From Vicugna vicugna (Eukaryota), in assembly GCA_013265495.1 (NCBI GenBank), contig MU057584.1, positions 1 to 64,000 on the forward strand: a stretch of 64,000 nucleotides of DNA, read 5' to 3'. This document shows positions 28,280 to 41,056 of the stretch, piece by piece. Below the pieces are notes generated by a model. That model saw nothing but the letters and a program-made list of their open reading frames with translations. It did no database searches and had not been told where the DNA came from. Both the position numbers and the translations under genes were made by a program. Position 1 is the stretch's first letter; each line of letters starts with the position of its first letter.

Positions 28280-28682
28280 GATGACTGCTGGGAGCATAAT
28301 TGACCAAAGGTCCCAGCTTCTGTGCTCAAATCCATCACCACATTTGCACGGAGACCCACAACTGCTCCTGGTGGACTCAGCAGGAATCCTAATGTAGGTG
28401 CATTTTTGGAGGCCAAGACTCTTCCGTCCAATGACTTTTTTTTTTAAGAACAGCCTGGAGGAATTTTACTTAGATTACAAAGCAGTCTAGGGTGATTCAC
28501 CAAATCTTTCTTCCAAATCTCCTTCACTCAAAGTCAGACTTACACCATGATCTGATGGTTCTGCCAACCTCCCAGAGCTCCCTGCCATTTTCTCTCAGAT
28601 GTGTCCCCTAATAAAACATTTGTTCATTAAAGTCTTTCTTAGCATCTTGCAGTCTACTTCTTGGAGGACTAGGACAAAATAC
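28280..28682 (+). mobile_element. LTR16-like (ERVL) LTR
   Basis: ccttcactcaaagtcagactt...tcccctaataaa...tctacttcttggaggac resembles the LTR16 3' half. Confidence 0.65.
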
Positions 28683-28689
28683 CCCTTTT

Positions 28690-30100
28690 TGGCTCATTCT
28701 AGTAATGTCACTTTCCATATGGTAATCACTAACTTGTAATGGCATAGGTTCATTTAGCCTGTTTTGTATTTTATATAAATGGAATTATATAATATGTACT
28801 ATTTTGTGTCTAGCTTCATTTGCTCAACATTATGTCCATGATGTGCATCCATGTTGTTAGGAGTGTATAACTGATTCACTTTCATTGGTGGATATTATTG
28901 CAGTGGGTAAACATACCAAAATCTATTTATTCATTCCGTTAGTGATGGATATTGGCTAATCTTTCCATTCACAGTTAGTGCTGATGTGAACAATCTAGAA
29001 CATGTCTTGTGCCTAATGTATGATACACTTTATTTGAGGGATCTTTCTATGGTTGGAACCAGTTATAAGGTGTATGTTCAACTTTAGTAGATATGGTTGA
29101 CCCTTGAAGAACATACAGGGTTTAGGGGAAGGAAGGAAGAGAATGAAAGAAGAGAGAAAGAAAAGGAAAGGGAGGGAAAGGAAATTGTTGATAGGTGAAT
29201 TATTTTTTCTAAAAATATATCTCATCTAAATTTACATATACATTTTTATAAAGTTGTTCACCACATCCTCCTATATTTAATGATGGTCGCTTATAAAATT
29301 TCTGACTTTGGCAGTTTTTCATATCTGTCTTTTTTCTTGGTCATTCTCACCACACTTTTTATCAGTTCTATTGTTTATACATAGGATGATCTTTTGATGT
29401 GTGTGAGTGTGTGTGTGTAGGACCTACTTTATTTTGTTTGTTTTGTATTTCACGAATCTGCTGTTATTTTCTACCATCTGCCTTCTTTGGCTTATTAACT
29501 TCCTGAAATGGATGTTTTCTGAATCAATTTTCAGCTTCCTTTCTATTTTAATACATGCATTTAAGGCTCAACATTTTCCTCTATGTATGTGTTAAAATCT
29601 CCAGAACCAATTATGAATTTGAATCTTTCTTTTAACGGCTGTCAATTTTCCCTTTATAAAGTATGAACTGAAATTATTAGTTTCTAGTAACTTGAAACTT
29701 TTATCACTATGAACTGTCCCTCCGTCTGTCAAGTAGTATTTTTTTTTCCCCTTAAAGTTCACTTGGACAAATATCAGCATCACAAATATTATAATTACAG
29801 AAATAACTTGAGACTTAGGATGATGGTATCTTTCTTTTCTAGAAACGATTTTCACTTGCTTCTGCAAGGGTTGGAAAATGCTAACAAAACACGTTCACCT
29901 TTCCGCAGTTTCAGGGATTGAGGTGTTTTGGCGTTTGACTTCAGTTCCTGCCGAAGAAAGCCCAGTTTCCTCCTGCTCTTTTTCCAACGGTGAAACTCTT
30001 TGGCGTTTAGAAAGAGGCCTCTGCGGTAGGCAATGCATTTATGTCGTTTAGCACCCTTGAACGTGTCCAAAATGCTACTGAGCTTGTAAGCCTTAAAATA
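28690..30100 (-). mobile_element. Ancient L1 (L1ME-like) fragments upstream of the ZNF226 promoter
   Basis: tttatataaatggaattatataatatgtac...ttcatttgctcaacattatg and further T-rich L1-like sequence. Homologous to 47200-48040. Confidence 0.55.
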
Positions 30101-30129
30101 AACAGAATCTACACTCTTCTAAGGCCGAC

Positions 30130-30720
30130 ACGCGAACAAGATTTTTGCCCCACACCTTCTCCGGGATTCCGGGAAGTGAAAACCAGGAGCGTAGGGCACT
30201 TCCGCGTCACCCAGCGAGGCTTCGCCCGTTAGCGCAGTCCAGGAAGGCGGTACTGTAGCCAGGGCACACACGCTCCCCTTGCATTCTGGGACATGTAGTC
30301 CAGAGCTCTGTGTCGTCCCACATACTGCCGCTACAATGAGGCCACTGTAGCCGGTTTCCCCGTGGAATTCTGGGAAATGTAGTTCAGGTGCTTCGGATAG
30401 CGGCAGGCACTTCCGCCCCAAGAGGACAGCGTAGCAGCCATCTTTTCCCTGATTAGGGTGATTCACGTCAGCTATTTATGATCTGTTCAGACTTCCCCAA
30501 AACGCGCCTGGGGCCAACATTAGCGACCTTTCATTTGGGGAGAAGGAGGAGAAGCGGCTCAAGGCGGAGGTTTGGGGATCGAGAGTGGTGGTGTGCGTCC
30601 CCCTGGGAGGAGCTTCTTTCCGTTTGATGCGTCCCCGGGATGGGGCGGGCTCAGATCGTGCTTCTCGGGTTTGAGGGTCTCCCGGGCTTGAGGGTCTCCC
30701 GGGCTTAACGCACCACTAAC
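30130..30720 (+). promoter_or_regulatory. ZNF226: ZNF226 CpG-island promoter and first exon
   Basis: ZNF143-type motifs gcattctgggacatgtagtcc (30281) and gaattctgggaaatgtagttc (30365). ETS cacttccg near 30197 and at 30408. YY1-type gccatctt at 30437-30444. Confidence 0.85.
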
Positions 30721-31103
30721 CCTCTCCCATCTATGAGCTAGCCCTACCACTTCCTACGGCATCAAACTAGGTGAGTTACTTAACCCCTCTGTGCCTCCAT
30801 TTGCTGCTCTGTAAAAGGGAGATAAAAGTAATGCCTTCCTAATACAGTGTTTTGAGAAAAAAGGAGACAATACAAGTAAAAGGTTTACAGCGGCCTGACG
30901 CCTTGATTGTTGTGATTAATACTACCGTAATTCTCCGAGAAGCACCCATTTCTCAGTGAGGTTCTGTGAGCGTAGGAAGGTGAATTGTCCTGGACTCGTG
31001 ACCTGTTTTGGAAGGAGAGAGCTTCTAGCTGGTAGCGGAGGGTATGAATTACAGGGGATGGAAACACAATCCTGGTATTTCACAACCTCCTTTCCTTCCC
31101 CAG

Positions 31104-31154
31104 CCCTGACTTCTCAGAAAGTACTGCACGGAGGAAGAGGCAACAGAGCCCCAA
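31104..31154 (+). other. ZNF226: Candidate non-coding 5'UTR exon of ZNF226
   Basis: Bounded by tttccttccccag| and ccccaa|gtgagt. A homologous segment in ZNF234 intron 1 starts at 15217 but has a weak donor. Confidence 0.5.
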
Positions 31155-31799
31155 GTGAGTAGGACTTGGCACTCTTCTCCATAAGATGTTCACATAAATT
31201 GTAGAACGTATGATAGAAACTTGGGCATAGGTAATGATTATAACTAAGCCTTCGTCTCTAAGTTTCATTCGAAAAACTGTACAGATGAACATATTCTGTC
31301 ACAAAGTGGTAGCTCTGTGAAGTGGGGCTGCTATTTTCTCTACTTTAAAGATGGTGGAGATGGAGGCAGGGAACACAAGCTGTTGGCCGGTGCTCACCCA
31401 GATGGTAGGAGGCAGAGCTGGGGTTGGAACCTAGGCAGTCCGAGTCCAGCACCTGATTGTATTAATCTCTTTGGTATATTCTCCTTGAGCATAGGGAGCT
31501 GGCTAAAATTTTTGTGGAAGTAGGTGGGACTTAATTGTGGGGACCTTGAGAGCAAGATTTAGGCTATTAATGAGTTTTTACAGGTTTTCTCAACTGAGTC
31601 GTTTACTTTATTTAAAATAATATTTATATTATAGGAGTGACGTAATCATTGTGGAAAATGCAGATATACATAAAGAAAAATGTTAATTACCCATCACCTT
31701 AAGCTGTAGAAATAACAGTTGTTAATGTTTTAGTGCCTTTTTGTCTGGTTACTCTGTGTGTGTTTCTGTTTTGTGGAGGCTGTTTTCTTTGGAACTGAT

Positions 31800-31985
31800 G
31801 TATACTACTCAGATTGTGGTCCACAAACCAGTGGCATTGGCACTGGCATCACTCGTGTAGAAATGCACATCATTGGACCCCATATGAGACCTTCTGATTT
31901 AGAATTTCCGTGTATGGGACCCAGAAGTCTGAATTTTAACCAGATCCTGAGGTAATTCCTATGCACGTGAAAATTCGAGAAGCTC
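31800..31985. mobile_element. MER5A-like hAT DNA transposon
   Basis: ctactcagattgtggtccacaaaccagtggcattggca...tagaaatgca...ttttaacc...tatgcacgtgaaaattcgagaagc. Confidence 0.7.
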
Positions 31986-32499
31986 AGGAAAGGGTCTTGT
32001 CTGGAAACTGGGGCCTACAAAATTGACCCTGCTGGATGTCACAGATAAAACTGAGCTGGATATCCCGGAGCCCTACTTAGTCCAGTGATTTTATTCCCCA
32101 ACGAATTATTGTCAACTGTCAGGTCTCCTTGCAAAATCCTGACCTAAGCAAAAGGCAGCTGGCAAATAATGAGTCAAAATGGAAGGAATTAGAAGTTGTG
32201 AAGGTGTATTTTCCAAAACAATGGGGAGTGGATTCATTGCCATCTTTTATACTAGAGGGCTTCTGCCTGAAGGGGGAAGATGAACTAGGAGTTACTGTTA
32301 GTTACACTAGATGTTTTTGCTATAGGCATCATCATCGGACCTACTACTACTGTTATGACTATGACTGTTTCCTAATTTCTGTAACTTTTTATTTTTATAT
32401 AATTTCAAACACATAGAAAAATTGCAAAAGTAGTATAAGGAAGTCTCATATATTCTTTACACAGAATCATCAGTTGTTTATGTTTTGCCCGTTTGCTTC

Positions 32500-32985
32500 T
32501 TTGTGACCATCAGCCAGAAACCACCAGGAACGTTCCCTGGGATTGAAGAGCTGAGTTGTTTCAGTTGACAGCACTGAGAAAGCCCACACGCCACGGTAAG
32601 AGGCAGTTAGGCGGGGCTGCTCACAGGGTTTTGGCTTATGTTTGCTGAGTTGGGGAGGGTTTTAGGCAGGGAGGGTTTATTCTGGGTTGGATGCTGTCAG
32701 GAGTCAGATGCAATTTGATGACTGAATATCTCAATACTTTTTGTCCAGTAGATGGGAAAAACAAAATGAGACTGGAGTTGTCACCGCTGTTCAGGAAGTA
32801 GTCACTCCTCTTATCTGAGAGGGGCAGTTCTTTGGTTATTTTTGTCATTGTAGAATGCCTCTGCCTTATGGGGTGGCTTGTCTTTTTCTTGTTCAGCACA
32901 ATTCTTGTTTCTCAGTTAAAAACACCGAGTCCTAGCTGTTGCTGCTCTTAGCTGTCCGTGCTGTGTAGTTTTTTCTCTTTCACGG
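32500..32985 (-). mobile_element. ERVL-class LTR nested in an L1MC-type 3' end (host about 32380-33660)
   Basis: Homologous to 12780-13325 (ggatgctgtcagga, gtagtcactc); ends ttttctctttca. Confidence 0.65.
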
Positions 32986-33819
32986 CTGTATCATGTTTAT
33001 ATTTTTTTTGTTTGCTGAACCAGTTGAGAACAAGCTAAAGACTGATCAAAATGAGATTAATTACATTGACAACCCAGTTACCTAATCCGCAATCCATATT
33101 TAAATTTTTTCTGTTTTCCTAATACAGTCTTTGAGAGCTAGTTTTCTTTCCTAATTGAGGGTCCAGTCCAGTTATATGCACTATGCTTAGTTTTTGTTTC
33201 ATTAGTCTCCTTCAATCTAGAATGATTCCTCAGACTTTATTTTTCTTTCTGGCTCTTGATATTTTTGAAGAGCATTGGCCATTTATATTGTAAAATGTTC
33301 CCTTTTTTGGTTTGCTTGATATTTGTTCACAGTGAGATTCAGGTTATGCGTCATCAGCAGGGATGCCGCAGGAGTGGTGAGACATCCTTCTCAGGGCATC
33401 ATCCGAAGCCAATGTCAGTTTGTGGGTTTGTCCCAACTGATGGTTTCAACTTTGTTTTCTTGGCTAAGGTGTCTGCCATGTTACTGTTTTTTCCTTTTGC
33501 AACAGTGTGGCTATCTTATTCCTCCCCCAACTTTCCCCGATGTTTAGCATCCATTGATTTTCTAACTATCTTTGATTCTACAGTCCCTAGTTTGCATCTT
33601 GCCGTAGGGAGAGCTTTCTCTTCTCATCCATTTATTTCTTGTACATTCATCTATTTATAACTACATATTTATAACTCAGATTCTTGTCGTTTTCATTTAA
33701 ATTAGGTACAGGGTGTCAAATAGTTTTGTTGTTGTTGCAGAATCTTGGCTTTTACTAGTTTTCTTCACCTCTGTGCATAGTTGTCAAAAGAATACTCCCT
33801 GTTTAAAAAGAAACAAAAG

Positions 33820-33917
33820 TGAGGAGAGCATAGCTTGGTGGTAGAGTGCATGCTTAGCATGCACAAGGTCCTGGATTCAATCCCCAGTAGCATCATTTAA
33901 AAAATTAAAAAAAAAAT
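33820..33917 (+). mobile_element. tRNA-derived SINE (Vic-1-like, short form)
   Basis: agcatagcttggtggtagagtgcatgcttagcatgcacaaggtcctggattcaatccccag followed by an A-tail. Confidence 0.85.
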
Positions 33918-34353
33918 AGAAACAACATATTGTTACATCTTTTATAAAAAGTTGTCCATGTCAATTTAAGTATATTGTTGAGATAACAAAATTCTTAGGA
34001 AGACAACCAGAGATTTTGAGAAATCTAAAGACTCTTGCATGACAGAACAACAACCTAGGAACTCCACATGTCTTACAGTATTCTGTTGGGAGAAATTGCC
34101 TTTATAAGGATAATTTCAAACTATAAAATATCATCTGCTTTACTGCAGTTGCTGAGAAATAAGAAACCCTGACAGTGTTCTCAGAGCTTTCTACCTTACA
34201 GCAGTCCTACGAGGTGGATACCACTGTTCCCCCCCACTTGCAGGTGACAGAATTGAGACAAAGAGACGTTAATAATTTGCTGAAGATGATACTCCTGGTG
34301 AAAGGCCTCGCTAGGATTTCAGCCCATGCATATTGACTCCGTAGCCTACTCTT

Positions 34354-34897
34354 TTGTTTTTTTAATCAAAGTATAGTTGATTTGCAATGTTGTGCTAATT
34401 TCTGGTGTACAGCATAGTGATTCAGTTATGTGTGTGTATGTATATATATATTCCTTTTCGTATTCTTTTTCATTGTAGGCTATTACGAGGTATTGTATAT
34501 AGTTCTCTGTGCTGTACAGTAGGTCCTTGTTTATCTAGTTTATATATAGTAGTTAGTATCTGCAAATCCCAAGCTCCCAATTTATCCCTCCCCATCCCCT
34601 TTCCCTCCCAGTAACCTTAAGTTTGTTTTTTGTGTCTGTGAGTCTGTTTCTGTTTTGCAGACAAGTTCATTTGTCTCATTTTTTCAGATTCTGCATATAA
34701 GTGATATCATATGGTGTTTGTCTTTCTTTGACTTACCTTACCTAGTGTGACAATCTCCAGGTCCATCCATGTTGCTGCACATGGCATTATTTTATTCTTT
34801 TTTATGGCTGAGTAGCATTCCATTATATGTATGTATACCACAATTTCTGTACGTTGTCATCTGTCAGTGGACATCTAGGTTGCTTCCATGTCTTGGC
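34354..34897 (-). mobile_element. 5'-truncated L1 with TSD
   Basis: TSD ctcc(g/a)tagcctactctt at 34337-34353 and 34898-34914. Confidence 0.9.
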
Positions 34898-35228
34898 CTC
34901 CATAGCCTACTCTTATGTTGTCTAGTTTACACCATACCAGGGATGAGAATGACCACTGTGGAAGCTGCAGGCACATTGTGAAGGGGCCACTGTGTGTGTT
35001 TGGGTAGGTTGTTCCTTGAGCTAGCTCCGGGCTCATGGGGGCATCTGGTATCCATGCTGGGCTCTGCTCATCAAGCACGGTCAGCTGCAGCCACCCTGAG
35101 GACTGGGTGCCTTGCTGATTCACAGCGAGCAGCCATGTGGCTAGCGACATTCTTGACCAGTGTCCATTGACTTCTGTTTCCTTTCCTGTCTTCCCAGGAC
35201 TCTGCATGTCCCCAGAAGGAAAGAGGAA

Positions 35229-35243
35229 ATGAGCACTTTCCAA
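35229..35243 (+). CDS. ZNF226: ZNF226 start-codon exon, coding part MSTFQ
   Basis: Acceptor cttcccag|gactctg (exon from 35198). gaaATGAGCACTTTCCAA|gtgagt is paralogous to the ZNF234 MTAFK exon. Confidence 0.85.
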
Positions 35244-35638
35244 GTGAGTATGGCTTGCCTTTCTTGCTGTTAAAAAGGCCAGTTAGTACTCAAAGATTGG
35301 ACACAAGTTTTTATTTTTCAAGGAGAGTCAAGGTGTATGAGGACCTGAGTGCGTGACGTGCTTTTTTTAAATCCCTGTTAAGTTTAATTAGTTTTGGTTT
35401 CAGTTTTTATTTTATTTCATCTTTTTTTATTTCACAAGTGAAAGAAAAATTAATAGAAATGAAGAACATCTACTTTATTACTTCCCTACTTACAAATTAG
35501 CCTCTTATATTATTGTATTATAATATAGTATAATAGTGCACGTTCTAAATTTGTACATATGCATTATAAAATTGTATAATAATACATAATACAATATAAT
35601 GTATTGTATTACAATGTATTATATTTCTGTAATCTCTT

Positions 35639-35757
35639 TTTTTAGGGGGAGGTAATTAGGTTTATTTATAATTTTTTTAGAGGAGGTACTGGGGCTTGAA
35701 CCCAGGACCTCGTGCATGCTAAGCACACACTCTACCACTTGAGTTATACTGTGTCCC
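35639..35757 (-). mobile_element. tRNA-derived SINE (Vic-1-like)
   Basis: ggaggtactggggcttgaacccaggacctcgtgcatgctaagc. TSD ctgtaatctctt at 35627 and 35758. Confidence 0.88.
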
Positions 35758-36407
35758 CTGTAATCTCTTAATCATATGTATTCATAGCCATGTATTTGTA
35801 TTTATAACAAATACACTTTAAAATTTTTTTCATTTGATATTATACAACATTCACTTTCTTTTTTTTTAATTTATTTTTTATTTTTTGACATTCACTTTCA
35901 ATTGCTTTTTCATGTTCCCGCAAACTTATGTACCTATTTTTTTTTAAACTATTCTCTACTCATAGACATTTCATTTAGGACTTTTACTGTTTTAGGAACA
36001 CTACAGTGACAGTGTTCCTGATCGAATCTTTTTCTCAAAAAAATCCATTCTGAAAAATATTGCCCCCATTTGCCCTTAACGAACTGTGGCTTCTGTGCAG
36101 TGCCCCGGGTGTTTCGGGTAGAACATCCGAGCAGGGCAGGGCATGGCACAGTCGCACTGCTGCTTCACACAGAGGAAGTAGGTCTTGTTAGCTGTTTTCT
36201 CACTCGCAGAGCAACAGCCCGTCTCCCCCGTGCCTGAGTCATATCCTGTGTGTATTTTATTTACTGGTTGGTTTGTTTTCCCATTTTTTTTTAATCAAAG
36301 TAATACATGACCTTAGTTTTAAAAGACCCAGTGGTCCTTAAAGGATTTGTTATTGCATTGATACCTCAGAACAATCGTATAAAGAGGTGCATGGTTTCCT
36401 CTTTATT

Positions 36408-36438
<31 letters not shown>

Positions 36439-37039
36439 TTATTTTTCTAAACATTTTTTATTGAGTTGTAATAATTTTACAGTGTTATGTCAAATCGTCT
36501 CCATTTTAAATACAAAGAAAAGGAATTGTGAGAAGTTAAAAACCTGCTCAGGCTTCCCTAGAAAACCGAGGATCTGGAGGCAGAGAACTGCACTCGAGCG
36601 AGAGACAGGGAAAGAGGGTTTCCCTGGGAGGCCAGGCCCACCCTCTTGGTTCATTTCCACACATGCCGCCCCTCCTCACCTGGTTCCCTCTGTGGGAAGG
36701 CAGGTGCTGTCGCGTGCCCCTGAGACTAAATTGGGAAAAATTTCGGGGCACTTGGCAATATTAAATAAAAAGTGAGACCTTTTCAGTTCAGGAGGCAGCA
36801 GTTAGAATTTTAGGGAGTTTACTGAGAGTATCGGGTGAGTACACAAACTTTCTCTTTCACAGCAGCACTTGGGGTGAGGCCGAGGAGAGCCAGTATGTGG
36901 CACTGGCAGGAGAGGAGGAGGGGGGCTGGGAAGTCTACAGATGGCACGAGAGCCACAGCAGCTTCCCACCCATCCTCCTCACCTTACTGGCACCACCTCT
37001 CTTCCATGGACATGGCGTTTATTGTATTGTTTGTTGCAG

Positions 37040-37166
37040 GAGGCAGTGACCTTCAAGGATGTGGCTGTGGCCTTCACAGAGGAGGAGCTGGGGCTGCTGG
37101 ACTCCACTCAGAGGAAGCTGTACCAGGACGTCATGGTGGAAAACTTCAGGAACCTGGTCTCAGTGG
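37040..37166 (+). CDS. ZNF226: ZNF226 KRAB-A exon (127 bp)
   Basis: Bounded by tgcag|GAG and GTGG|gtgag. Encodes [42 protein letters not shown]. Confidence 0.93.
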
Positions 37167-37770
37167 GTGAGGACAGCCTTTCTCTGGAGTGTCTTTGTGA
37201 CCTTGGTGTTTTAAGGCTTTGGGACCCTTAAAATGGTTCCTTGAGTTTGGGGACCAGACTGCCAGTTCCTGTGCAACACAAGGGGGTCTTTCTAAACAGG
37301 ATGTTTTAGGTCTTTTTCTTTTGTGTTTTGTGGAAGAACTGTAAATGGATAGGATGCTGCTGCACCTTGTCTGTTCTTTTTCAGGTTTCACTCCTGTCCC
37401 TTAGTGGATTAGGAAGCCAATTTATTGAGTCCTACGTGCAATTTTTAAAATACAGGAAATATCAGCGCTCTTAGGAAAGGTAGAACACGCTGCAGCAAGA
37501 ACTCTGGCCAATTGCATGAGTGGTGTGAGAGCCAGTGGGAACAGATTTAATGAAAATAGAAATTGCTTAGAAATAGATCATTCAGCCTTCATTTTAATAA
37601 TACATATTTTTACACATCTGGGTCATGAAGTAAATGCTGTTTCTTCAGTGGGTCACGATACAAAGTTTGAAAGACACCGCTTTCAATCTCTTGAATACAC
37701 AGTTGGAGATCAAATTTCCAGTGAATTTTAGCGCTAGAATGTTCACTTTAACTTGCGACTTTGTTCTCAG

Positions 37771-37863
37771 GACATCAACCCTTCAAACGAGATACATCAC
37801 ATATAGAAAGAGAAGAGAGGCTTTGGATGATGAATACAGCATCCCAGATGGAGAGAAATTTTG
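37771..37863 (+). CDS. ZNF226: ZNF226 KRAB-b exon (93 bp)
   Basis: Bounded by ttctcag|GA and TTTG|gtaag. Encodes GHQPFKRDTSHIEREERLWMMNTASQMERNF. Confidence 0.88.
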
Positions 37864-38903
37864 GTAAGAACCAAGCGGTTACGAGTTCTCGTAATTAATT
37901 CTCTGTTTTGCTTCTCATCATGCCAGTGCTGTCCGCCACCTGGTCCAGATCAGAAATCTCTTTCTCAGGTTATTGCATGGTCTGTACTGGTTGCCTGCTC
38001 CTACCCTTCTCCTGTAGCCTGTTCTTTAAGTGGCAGTCAGACTGATCTTTTTTGACTCTAAGGCAGGTTACGTGAGTTCTCTATTCAAGATTCTCTTATG
38101 GCTTATTTTACTTAGAGTAAAAACCACCTAAAGGTGGCTTCTTGAGTCCTCTGTGGTCTGCTGTCTGCTGTTCGGCCCCCACTACCTCTCTGAGTACATC
38201 TCCTATCCTCCATCTTGGCTCTGTCTTTTTCATCTATATTGTCCTCCCTGCTGCTTCTCAGACCTGCAAAAGATGCTTATGCCTCGCGGCCCTTTATGTG
38301 TCCACCTCTCTGCCTAGAATACTCTTTCATCTGTAATCCTTCAGGCCTCTTTACTTCATTCAGGTCACTCACTTTTAATGTCATAAGAAGGCTGTCCTTG
38401 ACCATCCTACTGAAACTACAGTCTTCTGTTTATTATTCTCTCTGCCCTGCCTAATTTTGCATCCAAGCATTGGTCATCACTCAGGTATATTTTTGTTCAT
38501 TTGTTTCTCACCTCTCTCCTCACTGGAGGGTAATCCCCAGGGGTAGAGGAATTTTGTCTGTTATGGCAGTGTCAAAGCTATGAGCACAACAAAACGCTTG
38601 CCTTTACTGGTACTGCGTTGTGGTAGGAGTGGCATGTTAATTTTTGAAAAATGACTTAAATAGTATGTCAGATGGTGATTTTATTTTAAGTGGGTTTTAT
38701 TAATGCTAAATATTTGGGAGTTTAATGGACCATCTCTTGATCTTTGTCAGTATACAAACCAAAGGACTTCATAGGTGGTGAAAAAGAAAAGACGAACCAT
38801 CCTGACATTCATTAAAGTCTTATACTGTGTCTTAAGTGTAAAGTCTCAAATCTGTAAATAGAGCTATCAGTTGTCCACATCTCTGAGTTCTCTGTCCTTA
38901 CAG

Positions 38904-41056
38904 GAGAAGACCATGCAAGTGAGTTGAGAACTGTTCAAGACAGAAGATCACATGAAGAGCTTTCCTGCTGGCAAATCTGGCAACAGATTGCAAATGACTT
39001 AACCAGATGTCACGACTCCACGGTAAATAGTTGTCAGTTCCACAAACAAGGTGATTCCCCCTGCCAGGTTGGGGTAGGGCTATCGATTCCAATTTCTGAA
39101 GATAAGAACTATATATTAAATGATAAAGCAGATGGTCCCAATGGTACAGGGAATCCAGAGTTTGCCCAGGATTCTTGGAGGAAGACTTCCTTGACCAAGT
39201 TGCAGAATTATCAAGACGGATACCAGCAAATTTCCATGAAAAATAAAGCCACCACCAGTTGGATTTCTCATCACCTTGATGATCATGGAGTATACAAAAG
39301 TGCAAAGTCTTACAGCCACAATGATTATGGAAAAGACAGCATAAGGATTTCAACATCAGATCAGAATAGAGTGATTGGCACAAGACAAAAACCCTACCAG
39401 TGTCATGAATGTAGAGAAACCTTCACCAGTCTCTCCACCTTTGATCTGCACCAGCAGTTACAATCAAAAGAGAACTCTCATGTGTGCCATAAGTGTGGAA
39501 AGGGCTTCTGTTACAGCTCAGTTCTCCGCATTCATCAGAGAGTTCACATGGGAGAAAAACACAGTAAGTGTGATGCATGTGGAAAGGAATTCAGTCAGAG
39601 CTCCCATCTGCAAACTCATCAGAAAGTCCATACCATAAAGAAACCATTCACATGTGAAGAATGTGGGAAAGGCTTCAGTCGTAGATCAGCACTGACTGTT
39701 CACCGTAAAGTCCACACAGGAGAGAAACCTTATAATTGTAAGGAGTGTGGGAGGGCCTTCAGTCAAGCCTCTCATCTTCAGGACCATCAGAGAGTCCACA
39801 CTGGGGAGAAACCATTCAAATGTGATGCATGTGGTAAGAGCTTCAGTCGGAATTCACATCTTCAGTCCCACCGGAGAGTCCATACAGGAGAGAAACCATA
39901 CAAATGTGAGGAATGTGGGAAGGGTTTCATTTGTAGCTCAAATCTGTACATTCATCAGAGGGTCCACACAGGAGAAAAACCCTACAGATGTGAGGAATGT
40001 GGTAAAGGCTTTAGTCGGCCTTCAAGTCTTCAGGCCCATCAGGGAGTCCACACTGGAGAGAAATCATACGTATGTAATGTGTGTGGTAAAGGCTTTACTT
40101 TGAGTTCAAACCTTCAGGCTCATCAAAGAGTCCACACAGGAGAGAAACCATACAAATGTGGTGAGTGTGGGAAGAGCTTCAGGATGAAAATCCATTATCA
40201 GGTCCACCTGGTCGTCCACACAGGGGAGAAACCCTACAAATGTGAGGTGTGTGGGAAGGGCTTCAGTCAGAGTTCATATCTTCAGATCCATCAGAAGGCC
40301 CACAGCGTAGAGAAACCTTTTAAGTGTGAGGAGTGCGGGCAGGGCTTCAATCAGAGTTCCCGACTCCAGATTCACCAGCTGACGCACACCGGTGAGAAAC
40401 CATACAAATGTGAAGAGTGCGGGAAGGGATTCAGTCGTAGAGCAGATCTTAAAATTCACTGCAGAATCCACACAGGAGAGAAACCGTATAATTGTGAGGA
40501 GTGTGGGAAAGTCTTCAGGCAGGCCTCAAATCTTCTTGCCCATCAGCGAGTCCATAGCGGAGAAAAACCATTCAAATGTGAAGAGTGTGGGAAAAGCTTC
40601 GGTCGGAGTTCACACCTTCAAGCCCATCAGAAAGTCCACACTGGAGAAAAGCCGTACAAATGTGAGGAGTGTGGGAAGGGCTTCAAGTGGAGCTTGAATC
40701 TTGACATGCACCAGAGGGTCCACACGGGAGAGAAACCCTACAAGTGTGGGGAGTGTGGGAAGCACTTCAGTCAGGCCTCGAGTCTTCAGCTTCACCAGAG
40801 CGTCCACACTGGGGAGAAGCCGTACAGATGTGATGTGTGTGGGAAGGTCTTCAGTCGGTCTTCACAACTGCAGTCTCATCAGAGAGTTCACACAGGGGAG
40901 AAGCCTTACAAGTGTGAGGTATGTAGTAAGAGCTTCAGTTGGCGATCAAATCTAACAATTCATCACAGAATCCATGCTGGTGATAAATCCTACAAAAGTG
41001 ATAGGGGTGATAAGACCATCAGAGAGTCCACTCAGGAAAAAAGTTCTATAAAGTGA
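38904..41056 (+). CDS. ZNF226: ZNF226 spacer and finger exon (18 intact plus 1 degenerate C2H2 finger)
   Basis: Acceptor ccttacag|GA is in frame with ORF 38924..41056. Fingers SRNSHL, ICSSNL, SRPSSL and TLSSNL, and the tail [25 protein letters not shown], match human ZNF226 as recalled. Confidence 0.92.

Noticed and set aside
30224..30245. gcccgttagcgcagtcc resembles a tRNA 5' end
   Set aside because: No B box or cloverleaf follows; it lies within a Pol II CpG-island promoter.
33820..33890. tRNA-like sequences with A and B boxes (six copies)
   Set aside because: A-rich tails, TSDs and mutual divergence identify them as SINEs, not tRNA genes.
35505..35625. AT-rich quasi-palindromic stretch
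   Set aside because: Low-complexity decayed (TA/ATT)n sequence with no consistent period.
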